A DNA stretch of 64,000 nucleotides from a virus (taxonomy: Duplodnaviria > Caudoviricetes): positions 94,597 through 158,596 of the IMG/VR virus record IMGVR_UViG_3300020050_012045; one strand, given 5' to 3'. Positions 43,971 through 54,140 of this stretch are shown piece by piece (the stretch's first letter is position 1; each line of letters opens with the position of its first letter). A model generated the notes under the pieces. It saw only the letters and a list, made by a program, of their open reading frames with translations. It searched no databases and had not been told where the DNA came from. The translations under genes were made by a program, and so were the position numbers.

Positions 43971-46900
43971 TTAGACCTTCTTAGTCTCTGCAACGATCTT
44001 GTTTAACGCTGAACGAGCTTCCTTCTTCCATGAAGCCATGACATTCTTAACCGTTCGCTTGTGTTGCTGCAAAACACGACGCTGAGCTGGTTCTAGCTGA
44101 GATTCCGCCTTAGATAGTTCTTGTTCCATCTGTTGGGCGTCGCCACCTGCTGAATCCTCTGCTGGCTGTTCCTGCTCTTGCTGCTGCTCCTGACCTTGAG
44201 CTTGTGGGTCTGCTGGTTGCCCTTGGGCTTGTTGGCCAGGTTGGGCTTGTTGAGCTTGTGCCTGGGCTTGCATTTGCTGCTGTTGGGCTTGCATCTGCTG
44301 GACCTGCATCTGGAACTCTTGCCACTGGAACCACATTGGGTCACGGATATAGGCCAGTGCCGGATCTTTCAGAGCCTCTGGTCGACCGAAGAAGTGCGCT
44401 TTAATTTCACCAACCGTAAAGTGCTGGAACAAGATTTGCTGGTACGAAGCATTGAATGGAAACTCACCGCCCCATTCCCTGCCGATTGGATCTTTCTCAA
44501 CCCGCTCAAGCATTTCGTCGTACGTGCCATGAAGTGGCATGTCTTCTTGGAGACGGGTTGACTCTTTTTCTGCTGAGTCCGAATCGAGTCCGTAAAACTT
44601 AAGCGTACAGATCTTAGCTAGAGTTGGATCGAGAAGAGGTAGGATTTTCTCGTTAATGAACGTCTGAAAATGGCCAATCAGTGGGCGAAGTCCGGTGTCG
44701 CGGGCTGCAATCAGCTGGTACTCATTCGAGGAATTGTGGACAATCACGCCTTCTGCCATGAAAGCGTGCTCATCGTTGAAGATCTCAACGTCGAGCATTT
44801 GAATAGAGTCTTTAAGTATCTCGATTTCACAAATTGATTCACAGTAGAACGTTTCAAGCCATGATGGGACGGGAATGCCAACCTTACCGTAAAGTTTCTT
44901 GATCTTATCGACGCTTATTGAACGATTCACTTTATCATTCAGGACAGTATGGGCGTTGACTCTGTCAGAGGAAGACAGTTTTGTTATGTCCCCCTTGAGG
45001 AGGTTAGCAATTAGGAACTTTTGAGTTTGGCGAGGCAGTTTTTCCCAACGGGCGGACCGACTAAGCATTTTTTGCGTTGGCTGTTTGTGAGCCTGTAGAA
45101 AACCAATTTTTGCAAAAAACTCGTGTTTGTCCTTAACAGTTAAGGTAGTTTTACCCGGAACAGATGTTCTCTTCCTTGTTCCGTACCCAAAATCAAGAAC
45201 TCTGGTCCCTTCGGACAGCTGGGTTCTTACACCTACACTCATCAGAAGGTGTTTGGTTTGTTCTCGAAGTCGATCATTGTGGATGACGATTCTAGGCGTT
45301 CCTTTGTTCAGGGTGCCGTCTGCACTGAAGAACCCTCGAAGGAAGGCGTATCTCAATTCAAGTGGCCAAATATAAACAGAAGGTGGGATTGTTTTTCCTT
45401 CCGTAGATGAAGTGAACCCCAAATCTAACAACCAACGCCCCAATTCCGTACAGTAGAGGGAATTGGTGATGCGATACGGCGCTACGTTTTTGACTCCCTT
45501 GCGCAGACGCATAGCGTCCGCTTCTTCAGCGGAGACCTCTCGTTTCACCTGTTTAACGGAAAGACCCATGCTACGCAACAATACGGCGTGCTTTTCCCAA
45601 ATATCTACCTCTTTCTCATGATGATAAAAGGTTTTGAAAGTGATATTTTTAATATTTTTGGTGTTTTTATTTCTTACAATGTTGATATTTCCGTCGCCAG
45701 TTAGCCAACCCAAATACTCGGCAAAATCAGGGGTGATTTCAGTCCCCCTAAACGACGGAGCGGAAGTTCCCTGAACCGGAATTTTGTTGGTGAGTACAAA
45801 ATCTCCAGGATTTAGCTCCGATTGAACTTTCCACAACGGTCCTGTTTCACCCACAACCATAAATTTATGATCTGGAGAGGTGATGATTTGAGTTCCATTG
45901 TTTAGCTTAGTTTTGACCTGTTTCTTGATGTCAGTTTTGAAAATTCTGGCTTTTTGCCATTCCTTGCCTGTCCAAACTTCACTATCAACCGAATTGGCAG
46001 CTTTTAGGACACTTGAAATGGAAGAATAACCGTTATCTTTCGTGAAAATCTTGCTATCTGGATGTAAACACTCAGATAGTGTCATCGAATTTGAACCACG
46101 ACTCAAGTGAGCCATACCTGGTAATTCTTCGGGGGACATCATGAAAGACGTCAAAATGGACCGGGCGTTAGAATCGCTTAGATATTGGAATTCCATATCG
46201 CGCCCACCCTGGGCTTCGATTGGTTGCCACATGACTTTATCGTTGGCGCCAACAGCAATGACAGGGACACGGAACGAAGCTGATACCGAGTTAGCGGTCG
46301 CCTGGAAGTGCTGGCGAACTGCATCGATAACTGCCTGATCGACGTCGTCTGACTGAAATACAACCATTCCACGAGCTGCACGTCCGTTTTGGAAGTACAA
46401 TTTGTTGTGGGTAGTGATATTCATGTGGGTCGTGACAGCCGCGATACAGGCATCTAGCGGGGTCATTGGGTAGCCCATCAGTTCAACGTCTGTCGTTGGG
46501 TAAAACTGATGGACGAACATTTCGTTGTGCGTAAACGCCTGGATAGCTTGATCGTTAACAACTTGATACCAGGCGTAGTCGCGCTCAGCTTCACGTTCTG
46601 GGGTTAGCTCTCTTCCGGTTACCTGCTCAAGGAGATAAAGAGCACGATTACGGATTGCCTCGCCCTGGGAGTCTTCACGGGGCATAGCCGCATAGATAGT
46701 GGCTGCATCCACTGGGCGGAACGCTTGAAAGGTTTGCTCACCGTTTGGTTGAGTGACCCAGATAATTTCTGTAGCGAACCGACCGTACTTGATGCCGTTG
46801 GCCACTTGTTGGTACAGGAAGCTGTCTAGCCCAAGACGTTCATCGTGATCGAACCCTTCGGTGTAGCCGCAGGTTCCAATAATGGCTGAAACTTTCTTGA

Positions 46901-47360
46901 TACGCTCTTGAAGCTCTTCTTTCTTTTCTGGTGACCAATCCTGAGTAACCCCACGGTTAGGCTCGATTCGATACCCAATAGAAAAACGATCTTTTAGTTC
47001 CTTGCCAAATGGAGACAGGAACATTGAGCGGGCTTGCACGATCGCAGCCACGAGATCGTCAGACATTGCAATGCGCTTAATGACGTGATCGGGAATTTGC
47101 CAGTTACTCTTACGCTTCCATACACCTACAGAGCGGCGATTCTTTGGATCTTCCTCAAAAGCAATTCTGGTAATTTCAGCGCCACGGCGGACAGCTTGGA
47201 TAGAATTGGAGATGGACTTTTCCAGAGCTTCAAGCGGGGTGTCATTTGACACTTCCCCTTGTTTGATGCCGTCAAATTTAACCTTGGAGGTTTTGTGGAG
47301 AACTAGCCCTGGAGGTGGGGTATTCAGAGATTCAGGGAAGGGCTTTTTTTCGTCTGACAT
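43971..47360 (-). CDS. Portal protein containing a LAGLIDADG intein
   Basis: PVDAATI, GYPMTPL, YFQNG..ARG, DMEFQ, F.MSPEE, GLRPL; Gln-rich tail. Confidence 0.9.
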   Translation of the reverse strand: MSDEKKPFPESLNTPPPGLVLHKTSKVKFDGIKQGEVSNDTPLEALEKSISNSIQAVRRGAEITRIAFEEDPKNRRSVGVWKRKSNWQIPDHVIKRIAMSDDLVAAIVQARSMFLSPFGKELKDRFSIGYRIEPNRGVTQDWSPEKKEELQERIKKVSAIIGTCGYTEGFDHDERLGLDSFLYQQVANGIKYGRFATEIIWVTQPNGEQTFQAFRPVDAATIYAAMPREDSQGEAIRNRALYLLEQVTGRELTPEREAERDYAWYQVVNDQAIQAFTHNEMFVHQFYPTTDVELMGYPMTPLDACIAAVTTHMNITTHNKLYFQNGRAARGMVVFQSDDVDQAVIDAVRQHFQATANSVSASFRVPVIAVGANDKVMWQPIEAQGGRDMEFQYLSDSNARSILTSFMMSPEELPGMAHLSRGSNSMTLSECLHPDSKIFTKDNGYSSISSVLKAANSVDSEVWTGKEWQKARIFKTDIKKQVKTKLNNGTQIITSPDHKFMVVGETGPLWKVQSELNPGDFVLTNKIPVQGTSAPSFRGTEITPDFAEYLGWLTGDGNINIVRNKNTKNIKNITFKTFYHHEKEVDIWEKHAVLLRSMGLSVKQVKREVSAEEADAMRLRKGVKNVAPYRITNSLYCTELGRWLLDLGFTSSTEGKTIPPSVYIWPLELRYAFLRGFFSADGTLNKGTPRIVIHNDRLREQTKHLLMSVGVRTQLSEGTRVLDFGYGTRKRTSVPGKTTLTVKDKHEFFAKIGFLQAHKQPTQKMLSRSARWEKLPRQTQKFLIANLLKGDITKLSSSDRVNAHTVLNDKVNRSISVDKIKKLYGKVGIPVPSWLETFYCESICEIEILKDSIQMLDVEIFNDEHAFMAEGVIVHNSSNEYQLIAARDTGLRPLIGHFQTFINEKILPLLDPTLAKICTLKFYGLDSDSAEKESTRLQEDMPLHGTYDEMLERVEKDPIGREWGGEFPFNASYQQILFQHFTVGEIKAHFFGRPEALKDPALAYIRDPMWFQWQEFQMQVQQMQAQQQQMQAQAQAQQAQPGQQAQGQPADPQAQGQEQQQEQEQPAEDSAGGDAQQMEQELSKAESQLEPAQRRVLQQHKRTVKNVMASWKKEARSALNKIVAETKKV
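44733..46070 (-). mobile_element. Intein (446 aa) with homing endonuclease
   Basis: Starts CLHPDS, block B TSPDHKF, LGWLTGDG and FLRGFFSADG, ends VHN followed by Ser. Confidence 0.92.
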
Positions 47361-47369
47361 CTGTCACCT

Positions 47370-48386
47370 TTAGGAAGCGAGGACCACTGTAATGACAGTA
47401 GCTTTAAGGGTGTCCGAGTTTGATTTGTTAATCAAAACCGCCTGATAGACTGGACCCCAAAGCTCAAAATGTGCTACATCCGAGACCGATCCCGGAGCGC
47501 GAGGAGACATCGTTAGATTGTCCGTTGTGTCTGAGTTAAGCCGGAGAACCGCCTCTTGGTCAGCTTCCACCCGGATGAATGACTTAGCGGACGAGTAAAT
47601 TGCCAAGCCTACTGCTGTAGGGATAACATCAGACTCAAGCGGAAGCGGCTCGGCTGAAGTAAATTCTACCCACAGATCGGTTACTGTAGAGATTACAAAG
47701 GTCTTACGGGTGACAGTCGAGAACCCACCTAGGATCTTGAGGGTATCGCCTGGCTGGACCCCAGTTGAGGAGAACACCTTGAACTGGGAGTTAGCGGTTA
47801 CTGAAACGACTTCTGAAACGCCGACAAATGCTTCGCCCGCTAGGCGCTTACAGATGAGCTTACGGTTTGCGCCAGCCCCAGAGTTAGTGACAGACAGGAC
47901 CACCCAGAATCCAACGTTTAGGACGTTGAATGGCGAAGCAGAGTCGCCAGTCGTGGTGTCGGGGATGAACAAGGTATCCCCCGCAACAACAGCCGCGAAC
48001 GTAGGTACCGAGACTGCCGACAGAGCGAACTCAATCGTAGCGTTGTTATTGACGGTGACGGTGACCGATTCGCTGGCGATAGCTACAGCACGGGTAGTAC
48101 GAAATCCAGGGGCCGTACCTGCTGAATTGGTCATCCGATACACGGAGGTGTCCAGAGCAGACAAGGTCAGGTCAAATTCGGTGGTTCCATCAACAGTCAA
48201 AGAGCGTGTCCCCGAAAAAAGCGTAAGAGATTCAAGGGGTTGAAGCTCGTATTGACGAGATGACGGCTGTGAAACTTGAATCCCAGTGAACGATTGGGTC
48301 CAGTCAACGTATTTGAGCGCTGGCTGGCTGGTAACCGTGTCTTCACCGAAGATAATGTGGTTAGAGCTGATGTTGAACGTTGCCAA
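47370..48386 (-). CDS. Virion structural protein
   Basis: Ser/Thr/Val-rich; TTG 48386 with AGGAG; late motif upstream. Confidence 0.65.
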   Translation of the reverse strand: MATFNISSNHIIFGEDTVTSQPALKYVDWTQSFTGIQVSQPSSRQYELQPLESLTLFSGTRSLTVDGTTEFDLTLSALDTSVYRMTNSAGTAPGFRTTRAVAIASESVTVTVNNNATIEFALSAVSVPTFAAVVAGDTLFIPDTTTGDSASPFNVLNVGFWVVLSVTNSGAGANRKLICKRLAGEAFVGVSEVVSVTANSQFKVFSSTGVQPGDTLKILGGFSTVTRKTFVISTVTDLWVEFTSAEPLPLESDVIPTAVGLAIYSSAKSFIRVEADQEAVLRLNSDTTDNLTMSPRAPGSVSDVAHFELWGPVYQAVLINKSNSDTLKATVITVVLAS

Positions 48387-48407
48387 ATGACACTCCTGGG
48401 GTGGTGT

Positions 48408-48417
48408 CAAAGATTGT
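48408..48417 (-). promoter_or_regulatory. Putative late promoter ACAATCTTTG
   Basis: Heads the portal operon. Confidence 0.6.
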
Positions 48418-48429
48418 TTGGAAAGTGAG

Positions 48430-48457
48430 TTGACAAAATAGTGGGTTCTGGTATTGT
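48430..48457 (+). promoter_or_regulatory. Sigma70-type promoter, leaderless
   Basis: TTGACA-16-TATTGT, 6 nt to ATG 48464. Confidence 0.7.
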
Positions 48458-48463
48458 TAGTGG

Positions 48464-48652
48464 ATGAGCAACGCCAGACGTCCGACTAAACCCTCCGCAG
48501 TTAAACGCGCTGACGAGTTAAGAGCAGCAGGCGAGAGACGGATACAGCAAGAGAGGGCTCGCTGGGAGTGGTACGACACAGAGATGGAGGGTTTGAGTTC
48601 CGAGTCAACTGAAGTTGTTGTTAAAATCAGATTGGACGAAAGAAATGACTAA
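48464..48652 (+). CDS. Small hypothetical early protein
   Basis: Directly after promoter. Confidence 0.5.
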   Translation: MSNARRPTKPSAVKRADELRAAGERRIQQERARWEWYDTEMEGLSSESTEVVVKIRLDERND

Positions 48653-49409
48653 ACGCATCATTTTAGGCTCAACCGCCGCCAGACACTGGTATCCCGACTT
48701 TCGGGAACCTAAAGACCTGGATGTTATCACTCAACAGCCTGGGCCCCGAGTTAAAGGGGTTGACGCTCACTCTCATCCGCTAATTACACAAAACTGGGAC
48801 ATATTCACTCGGCATTTATCTGTTAACGATTTTGCTACCCCTGACCTACTTTACACCTGGAAAATGTCTCATTCGTACTGGGACATTCATTGGGACAAAA
48901 CAATCCACGATATCATTTGGCTAAAAGAACGACATTGCCGGGTTATCCAGCCAATCCACGACCTGCTGTACAAAGTCTGGGAAGACGTGCATGGCAAGAA
49001 GCGTGCCAACTTAAACGTCACGAACGATGAGTTTTTCACTAAGACAGTCAAGCGCATTTACGACCACGACATGCTTCATGAAGCGATGAAGTTCGGGGAC
49101 CGTCCGATGTACGAGCAGCTGAAGAAAGATCCGAATCGAGCCTGGATATCTAAGCCAATGTGGGATGAACTGTCAACAAGCCTGAAAGTAAAAACCGTTT
49201 TGGAGGAAGCGTACGTCATCGCACTTGAGCGGTTCGTTATTCCTGGCAAAATGAACCATCGGCAGGCGTATCGAGCAAGCCTGAAGCTTCTGGTGACCAG
49301 TCTGAGCAAGGGGTGGTTTCCACAGTTCATTGTTGACAATATGAGAGATTTTAGGCAAAATCCGCTCGAACAACGGTATTTGGACTTCAAAGGAGACAGT
49401 GATGAGTGA
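48645..49409 (+). CDS. Phage protein with nucleotidyltransferase-like N-terminus
   Basis: LGS.A...REPKDLD, LYTWKMSH, YDHD.LH, EEAYVIALER. Confidence 0.6.
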   Translation: MTKRIILGSTAARHWYPDFREPKDLDVITQQPGPRVKGVDAHSHPLITQNWDIFTRHLSVNDFATPDLLYTWKMSHSYWDIHWDKTIHDIIWLKERHCRVIQPIHDLLYKVWEDVHGKKRANLNVTNDEFFTKTVKRIYDHDMLHEAMKFGDRPMYEQLKKDPNRAWISKPMWDELSTSLKVKTVLEEAYVIALERFVIPGKMNHRQAYRASLKLLVTSLSKGWFPQFIVDNMRDFRQNPLEQRYLDFKGDSDE

Positions 49410-49716
49410 TGTCGTACTTGTTCAACTCAACAAAGCGTGGGAAGCCGATCTGAAAAATGATTATCCCGATCCGTATAGACTGGGGCGTGGGCTAGGATTT
49501 AGTCTTTATGATTCCCAGGTTTTCTACGATGAAGACTCGGGGTTAGACAAACAGCAGATAGTGGTCTTGGAGCATCACTCGTCTGGACGACTATTTATGG
49601 TCAGTGCTGAATACTCAAGCTGGGCCGATACTAGTTGGGGTGGAAATGAGTTCGAGGAAGTTGTGGCTAAAGAAGTCAAGGTCACTAGGTATGTACCTAT
49701 TAAGGAGTCAAAATGA
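49402..49716 (+). CDS. Phage hypothetical protein
   Basis: Y.SW....W...F.EV...EV.VT.Y; paralog of next gene. Confidence 0.6.
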   Translation: MSDVVLVQLNKAWEADLKNDYPDPYRLGRGLGFSLYDSQVFYDEDSGLDKQQIVVLEHHSSGRLFMVSAEYSSWADTSWGGNEFEEVVAKEVKVTRYVPIKESK

Positions 49717-50036
49717 AGACAACGCAAGAATTGATTCAAGAATTGAAAGCTAAAATTCCATGCGGGAACGCCATTATTTACTACGAAAATTACGCTAGAG
49801 ATCCGGACGGTGGCGATGACGTTGAGCTAAACGAAGCCAACTTCCCAGGATGGCAGCGCCAGCCTGAGCTGAAGATAGGCAATACGATGTATATCGTGTT
49901 TCGTCATGTTGAATCCAACAAGTTCTTTGCCATGACTGGTGAATATAATTCATGGGACAGCGGCTGTTGGGATAACGAGTGGTTCTTGGCTGAGCCGTAC
50001 CAATACCAAGAAACCCGTTACCAGCGTGTGATTTGA
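49713..50036 (+). CDS. Phage hypothetical protein (paralog)
   Basis: GEYNSWDSGCW...EP....TRY. Confidence 0.6.
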   Translation: MKTTQELIQELKAKIPCGNAIIYYENYARDPDGGDDVELNEANFPGWQRQPELKIGNTMYIVFRHVESNKFFAMTGEYNSWDSGCWDNEWFLAEPYQYQETRYQRVI

Positions 50037-50269
50037 TGACCTACCAAGAGCTTCGCGATAAATACGTCACTATGTGGTCTGTTGCTTTAGACCTGTCTAG
50101 TTGGGAAGACCACCAGTGTCTAGCTCAAATGTGGCGAAACCAGCATCCGGGAGAAGCAATGACACTGGGCCCTGACGAACTTAGGGCGTGGGGTGTGCCA
50201 CTTGGCTTTAAGGCCAACACTAATGCAGCAGCGGTTTTTGCTGCCATTGTAATGGGTGAGAAGCGGTAA
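50036..50269 (+). CDS. Hypothetical protein
   Basis: Coupled ORF. Confidence 0.45.
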   Translation: MTYQELRDKYVTMWSVALDLSSWEDHQCLAQMWRNQHPGEAMTLGPDELRAWGVPLGFKANTNAAAVFAAIVMGEKR

Positions 50270-50271
50270 GC

Positions 50272-52191
50272 TTATGTTGCTGCGAAGAACTTCCCACGTT
50301 TAACTACCACACCCTGACTATCCCCACCGTTGTTTTCCTGTATCTGCTGACTGATTTCCTGCGCCATCCAGTTCTGGTTGGGGTTTGGAAGTTTATCCTG
50401 AGGGGCTTTAGTATCTGGAGGCTTATGGCCCTTACCTAGGTGTTTGCCATAAAGATTCTGACAAAGGTATCTCCAAGCCGCCGCAAGATCGTCATCCACA
50501 TCTTCGGGTTGATCCGTTGGGTTATCCTGAGCGTCAGTCTTGTAGTGGTACTGAGTTAGGTTCTTAAACAGAGCCTCACATCCTGGGTCATCCTTAAGAA
50601 AGAAAACTTCCGGATCTCCGCCCATAGTGGGCATGATTTTTGAACGACCAGCTGATATCCCCAGCTGGACGTCTTTGTCGAATTTTCTCATATCGTATCC
50701 AGCCATGCGAAATGACTTGATATCGCTTGGATATGCTTGGTCTGGGTAGATGGTTGCCCCGTACGGTCTAAGGTGAGTGTTACAGTAGTCAAGCTTTTCG
50801 TTAATTTCAAGACCTGACAGAGCAAACGCATGAAACATATAGAGCGTCACACCTACGTTCCCACCTAGGCAGACTGCAAAGTTGTGAGTGAAACCATAAT
50901 CCATTCCGGCAGCGATTTGTCCTTCCATTCGTTTAATCGCGAGAAAGATATCCTGTTTGCCCACTGGACCTCGTGGGGCGTCTCCAGTGATTCGCTCGTA
51001 CATTTGAGCGGCGGTAAGAAAGTGGCGCTTCTCTGAAAGATGAGGGAAGACCATCCCACTACTTTCAGGACGATAACACATTAGCTGAGCCTTAGCACGC
51101 TCCACGTCCTTAGCGAGTGCTTTGAATTGATTAGTGACTAGATGGAGATTTTGAAGCATCTTGGACTTGGACTTTTGCTTGGTAGCCAGTCTGGTTTTAC
51201 AGACAGCAAAAAGCGAGCAGTTACTGAGACATCCGGCATAGCCCTTAAGAACTCGCCATGATTCCTGCTCTTTCGGAGTAAGTTCGTGGTAATCGTCTAC
51301 TGTTCCGGTGCGAAGACTGTCTTCCGAAAAGTAGATATCAATCATTGGCTCATTAGGTAAGTGGCGCTCAGGAGGGCATGGTTCCGAGATGTCGATTACG
51401 TTCCAATGGCGAATAAGGAGCCCCGTCTCTTTTGCCGAATCGATCTCCCTCTGCACAAGACCGTAAGCATATTTTCTGGTAGAGGTGATGAAGGTGATCG
51501 GTAAGCCGCCATCCTCTGCCATACTTGGGATCATTGAAGCTTCACGAAAAACATTTTCGGCCATCAAATCAGCTTCGTCTACTATTAGTAGTGGACAATG
51601 AAGACCGTTAACACCACTAATAGTGCCAATGACGATTTGAACACTATAGCTACGTTTTATAAGCGTAGCGGCTTGGCTTGGTTTTTCAGCCAATAGTGTC
51701 TTGAATTCTGCTGGTGACAAGACCGTCGAGCGATCGGGAGACTCGTGGTACGATATCTCGATCGTACGCTTGTTGTTCGAGGAAAGAAAATCGCGCAAAA
51801 TTGGAAGACGAAGAAATTTCTCTACGTAAGTTGCACAGCGAGAGGCTTGAATTTCTTGCGTCGCCAGATGACCTACACTGCGCCTAAGGTGAAACATAGC
51901 AAGAACTTCAATCACGGCACAGGAAAGAGTTTTGCTTCCGTTTCTGCTTGCATAAGCTAGGAACTTTGTCTTGTGTGGATTCTTGCCGTCCATTGCAGAG
52001 CTGTAGATTTCCCAAATCAGATCGATTGGATTAGAATTAGACGGTTCATTAGTTACATCGTCATCGCAGATGGTGGTGTCCTGCAAATCCAACTGTAGAT
52101 AGGTCTTAATCCAAGACTGTAGGTGGGCTCTCGTCTTACATGGAGCCCAGAACGCCGATCTAAGAAGTTGTTCTTTGCTTAGCGGAACCAT
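50272..52191 (-). CDS. Terminase large subunit
   Basis: ASRNGSKT (Walker A), LIVDEAD (Walker B), ITST, GMDYGFTH nuclease, DDD near C-terminus. Confidence 0.9.
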   Translation of the reverse strand: MVPLSKEQLLRSAFWAPCKTRAHLQSWIKTYLQLDLQDTTICDDDVTNEPSNSNPIDLIWEIYSSAMDGKNPHKTKFLAYASRNGSKTLSCAVIEVLAMFHLRRSVGHLATQEIQASRCATYVEKFLRLPILRDFLSSNNKRTIEISYHESPDRSTVLSPAEFKTLLAEKPSQAATLIKRSYSVQIVIGTISGVNGLHCPLLIVDEADLMAENVFREASMIPSMAEDGGLPITFITSTRKYAYGLVQREIDSAKETGLLIRHWNVIDISEPCPPERHLPNEPMIDIYFSEDSLRTGTVDDYHELTPKEQESWRVLKGYAGCLSNCSLFAVCKTRLATKQKSKSKMLQNLHLVTNQFKALAKDVERAKAQLMCYRPESSGMVFPHLSEKRHFLTAAQMYERITGDAPRGPVGKQDIFLAIKRMEGQIAAGMDYGFTHNFAVCLGGNVGVTLYMFHAFALSGLEINEKLDYCNTHLRPYGATIYPDQAYPSDIKSFRMAGYDMRKFDKDVQLGISAGRSKIMPTMGGDPEVFFLKDDPGCEALFKNLTQYHYKTDAQDNPTDQPEDVDDDLAAAWRYLCQNLYGKHLGKGHKPPDTKAPQDKLPNPNQNWMAQEISQQIQENNGGDSQGVVVKRGKFFAAT

Positions 52192-52619
52192 CTCATGACT
52201 CTCTTCCCGAACCTAGTCAGCTTCAGATACAGCTGATATCCTGGCAAAGCCTTAATTGTCTCAAACTCGTCTTCAAGGTCGCGATAAAGTCGCTTAGTTT
52301 CCGCCAACTCCACTTCGATCTGAGATTGGGGCTCTGCAATCTCACGATAAACGTGAGTTTCTTTGTTGTTGTCGTATTCAACGTCGTACAGCTCGTACCG
52401 TCTCTTGGTGTAACTTTTCTCCATTGATGGCGCAATGAAGGATGCCGATGTGAATCGCTGACGGGGAATTGCGGTGATGTACTCCGAGCCCCGGATAGGT
52501 CTTGGTCCCATATCCTTCTCTAGTCCGTCCAGCGAACGCAAAACCATTCTAACCGATTTTGGGGATTCGTAATCGCTCAAGATATTCCTCCAGTTTAGCT
52601 TTTGGTAGACCAATTCCAA
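52179..52619 (-). CDS. Hypothetical protein
   Basis: ORF in terminase operon; true start may be downstream. Confidence 0.5.
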   Translation of the reverse strand: MELVYQKLNWRNILSDYESPKSVRMVLRSLDGLEKDMGPRPIRGSEYITAIPRQRFTSASFIAPSMEKSYTKRRYELYDVEYDNNKETHVYREIAEPQSQIEVELAETKRLYRDLEDEFETIKALPGYQLYLKLTRFGKRVMRWFR

Positions 52620-52948
52620 GGGCTAGACAGATGTTGCCTAGCGAAACGAGTTCGTTAATCACGTCATTACCTGAAGAGTTCTCCTTGGTAAGATCCGAGA
52701 TTGGTTGACCAACTAATCGTTCTCTCAGGTGTTCCTTTAGTATTTCAATTGCATCCTCTGGTGACATTACTCGTCCTTTGCCCGAAGCTTTTTCCATTCT
52801 CGATCCACGTACCTTGCTGCTTCGTACACGTTTTGATACCTGCCGTTGTAATCTTCGTGGCGGCAACAGTCACAAAGATAGTTGTCCTTTACGGTGTCGG
52901 AAAGGTAATCCATAAGCTGGATGAGTTCGTTTTGTGTTTTCTCGTCCA

Positions 52949-53593
52949 TCACTTCTCCTCATCCTTGGCTTCCAGGAATTGTAAAACCTTCATAGCTAGC
53001 CCTGAGTCGAGCCGTTCGGTTCCACCTGGAACGATCTCGCCGGTAAGCTCAGTCGCTTTGTCGCCAACTGAAACTGGACCTGCCATGGTCATTTTCTCGG
53101 TCTTTTTGTCCTGTCCGGTTAATTTCATCAATAATTCTGCGGTCTTAGTGTAAGAACTAAGATTAGTCAAACTTAATTCACCAAGGTCTTTTTCGTCACC
53201 GGACTGTAAATACAGCTTCAGTTTAGTCCCGAACTGCTTGTGGGCGACACTCAGCAGGTCAGACGTAAACGTGACTGCTTCCATTTGGGTCTGCTTGACC
53301 CGATCGACCACTCCACCAAACAGCTCGGCCAGATACTTGTCTTTGCGCTCGTCCCATCCATGGCTGATTCGAGCTTCGTAGATTTGTCCTAGGGTGTACA
53401 GGTGGTTGTTTACCTTTGAGATTTCCTCGCAGGAGGCTCCGTTGAGGAACAACTCGAACATTTTGAGAGATAGGCCCACCGCTAACGGGGGCTTGGTTTT
53501 ATTTTCAATCCAGTTCTGGTATATCTGCTGTTCATCAGCTGTCAGATACTTCAGATTCGCCTGGGTTGGCGGGATAGTCAGAGAAGTCGCCAT
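52949..53593 (-). CDS. Putative terminase small subunit
   Basis: HTH-like LFLNGASCEEIS...WDERK followed by helical region, upstream of TerL. Confidence 0.55.
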   Translation of the reverse strand: MATSLTIPPTQANLKYLTADEQQIYQNWIENKTKPPLAVGLSLKMFELFLNGASCEEISKVNNHLYTLGQIYEARISHGWDERKDKYLAELFGGVVDRVKQTQMEAVTFTSDLLSVAHKQFGTKLKLYLQSGDEKDLGELSLTNLSSYTKTAELLMKLTGQDKKTEKMTMAGPVSVGDKATELTGEIVPGGTERLDSGLAMKVLQFLEAKDEEK

Positions 53594-53936
53594 ACAGGAC
53601 AGTAGCCTCCAGGTACGGATGAGTGGCGTCCTTAATTGCTACCCGGACGTCCTTGCCAAGGAGCCACTGGACGCAAGTAGCAAAGTCGGCGGTCAAGATG
53701 GGGAGCAAGTCCAACGCCGACTTTGTCTTGGTCTTCATGGTAACAAACAGCTTTCTGATATCAGGTTGGTACTCGATATCCGATTTGGCGTTAAGTAGGG
53801 CTAGCGTCCACATTTTGATCTGCTGGACCTGGAACTCATGAAGCGCACCAAATCGCTTAGTGAGGTCTGCTAGACGCAGTACCTGCTGGTCGAATGCCTC
53901 CCCCTGGACTACTTCCACTTCGTCTTTGTCACTCAT
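53535..53936 (-). CDS. Hypothetical protein
   Basis: AGGAG RBS before MSDKDEV. Confidence 0.5.
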   Translation of the reverse strand: MSDKDEVEVVQGEAFDQQVLRLADLTKRFGALHEFQVQQIKMWTLALLNAKSDIEYQPDIRKLFVTMKTKTKSALDLLPILTADFATCVQWLLGKDVRVAIKDATHPYLEATVLYGDFSDYPANPGESEVSDS

Positions 53937-54140
53937 TGAAATAGCTCCTACTGTTAGGACACTTACCATCTAGCAGTCTATGATAGCTGGCTTCCAAGAA
54001 AATCAAAACGTCACACAATCCACCAATGTAAGCTGGTGAAAAATCCGCCGTTTTTGCGAAATTTATGCGATTTTCGACGATATCTATCGCAATTTTCATA
54101 CCATCAGCTAATTCTTGGTATTTTACCTTCTCTTCATCGC

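Noticed and set aside
44100-44320. Repeat-like DNA at the portal C-terminus
   Set aside because: Low-complexity Gln/Ala coding, not a separate element
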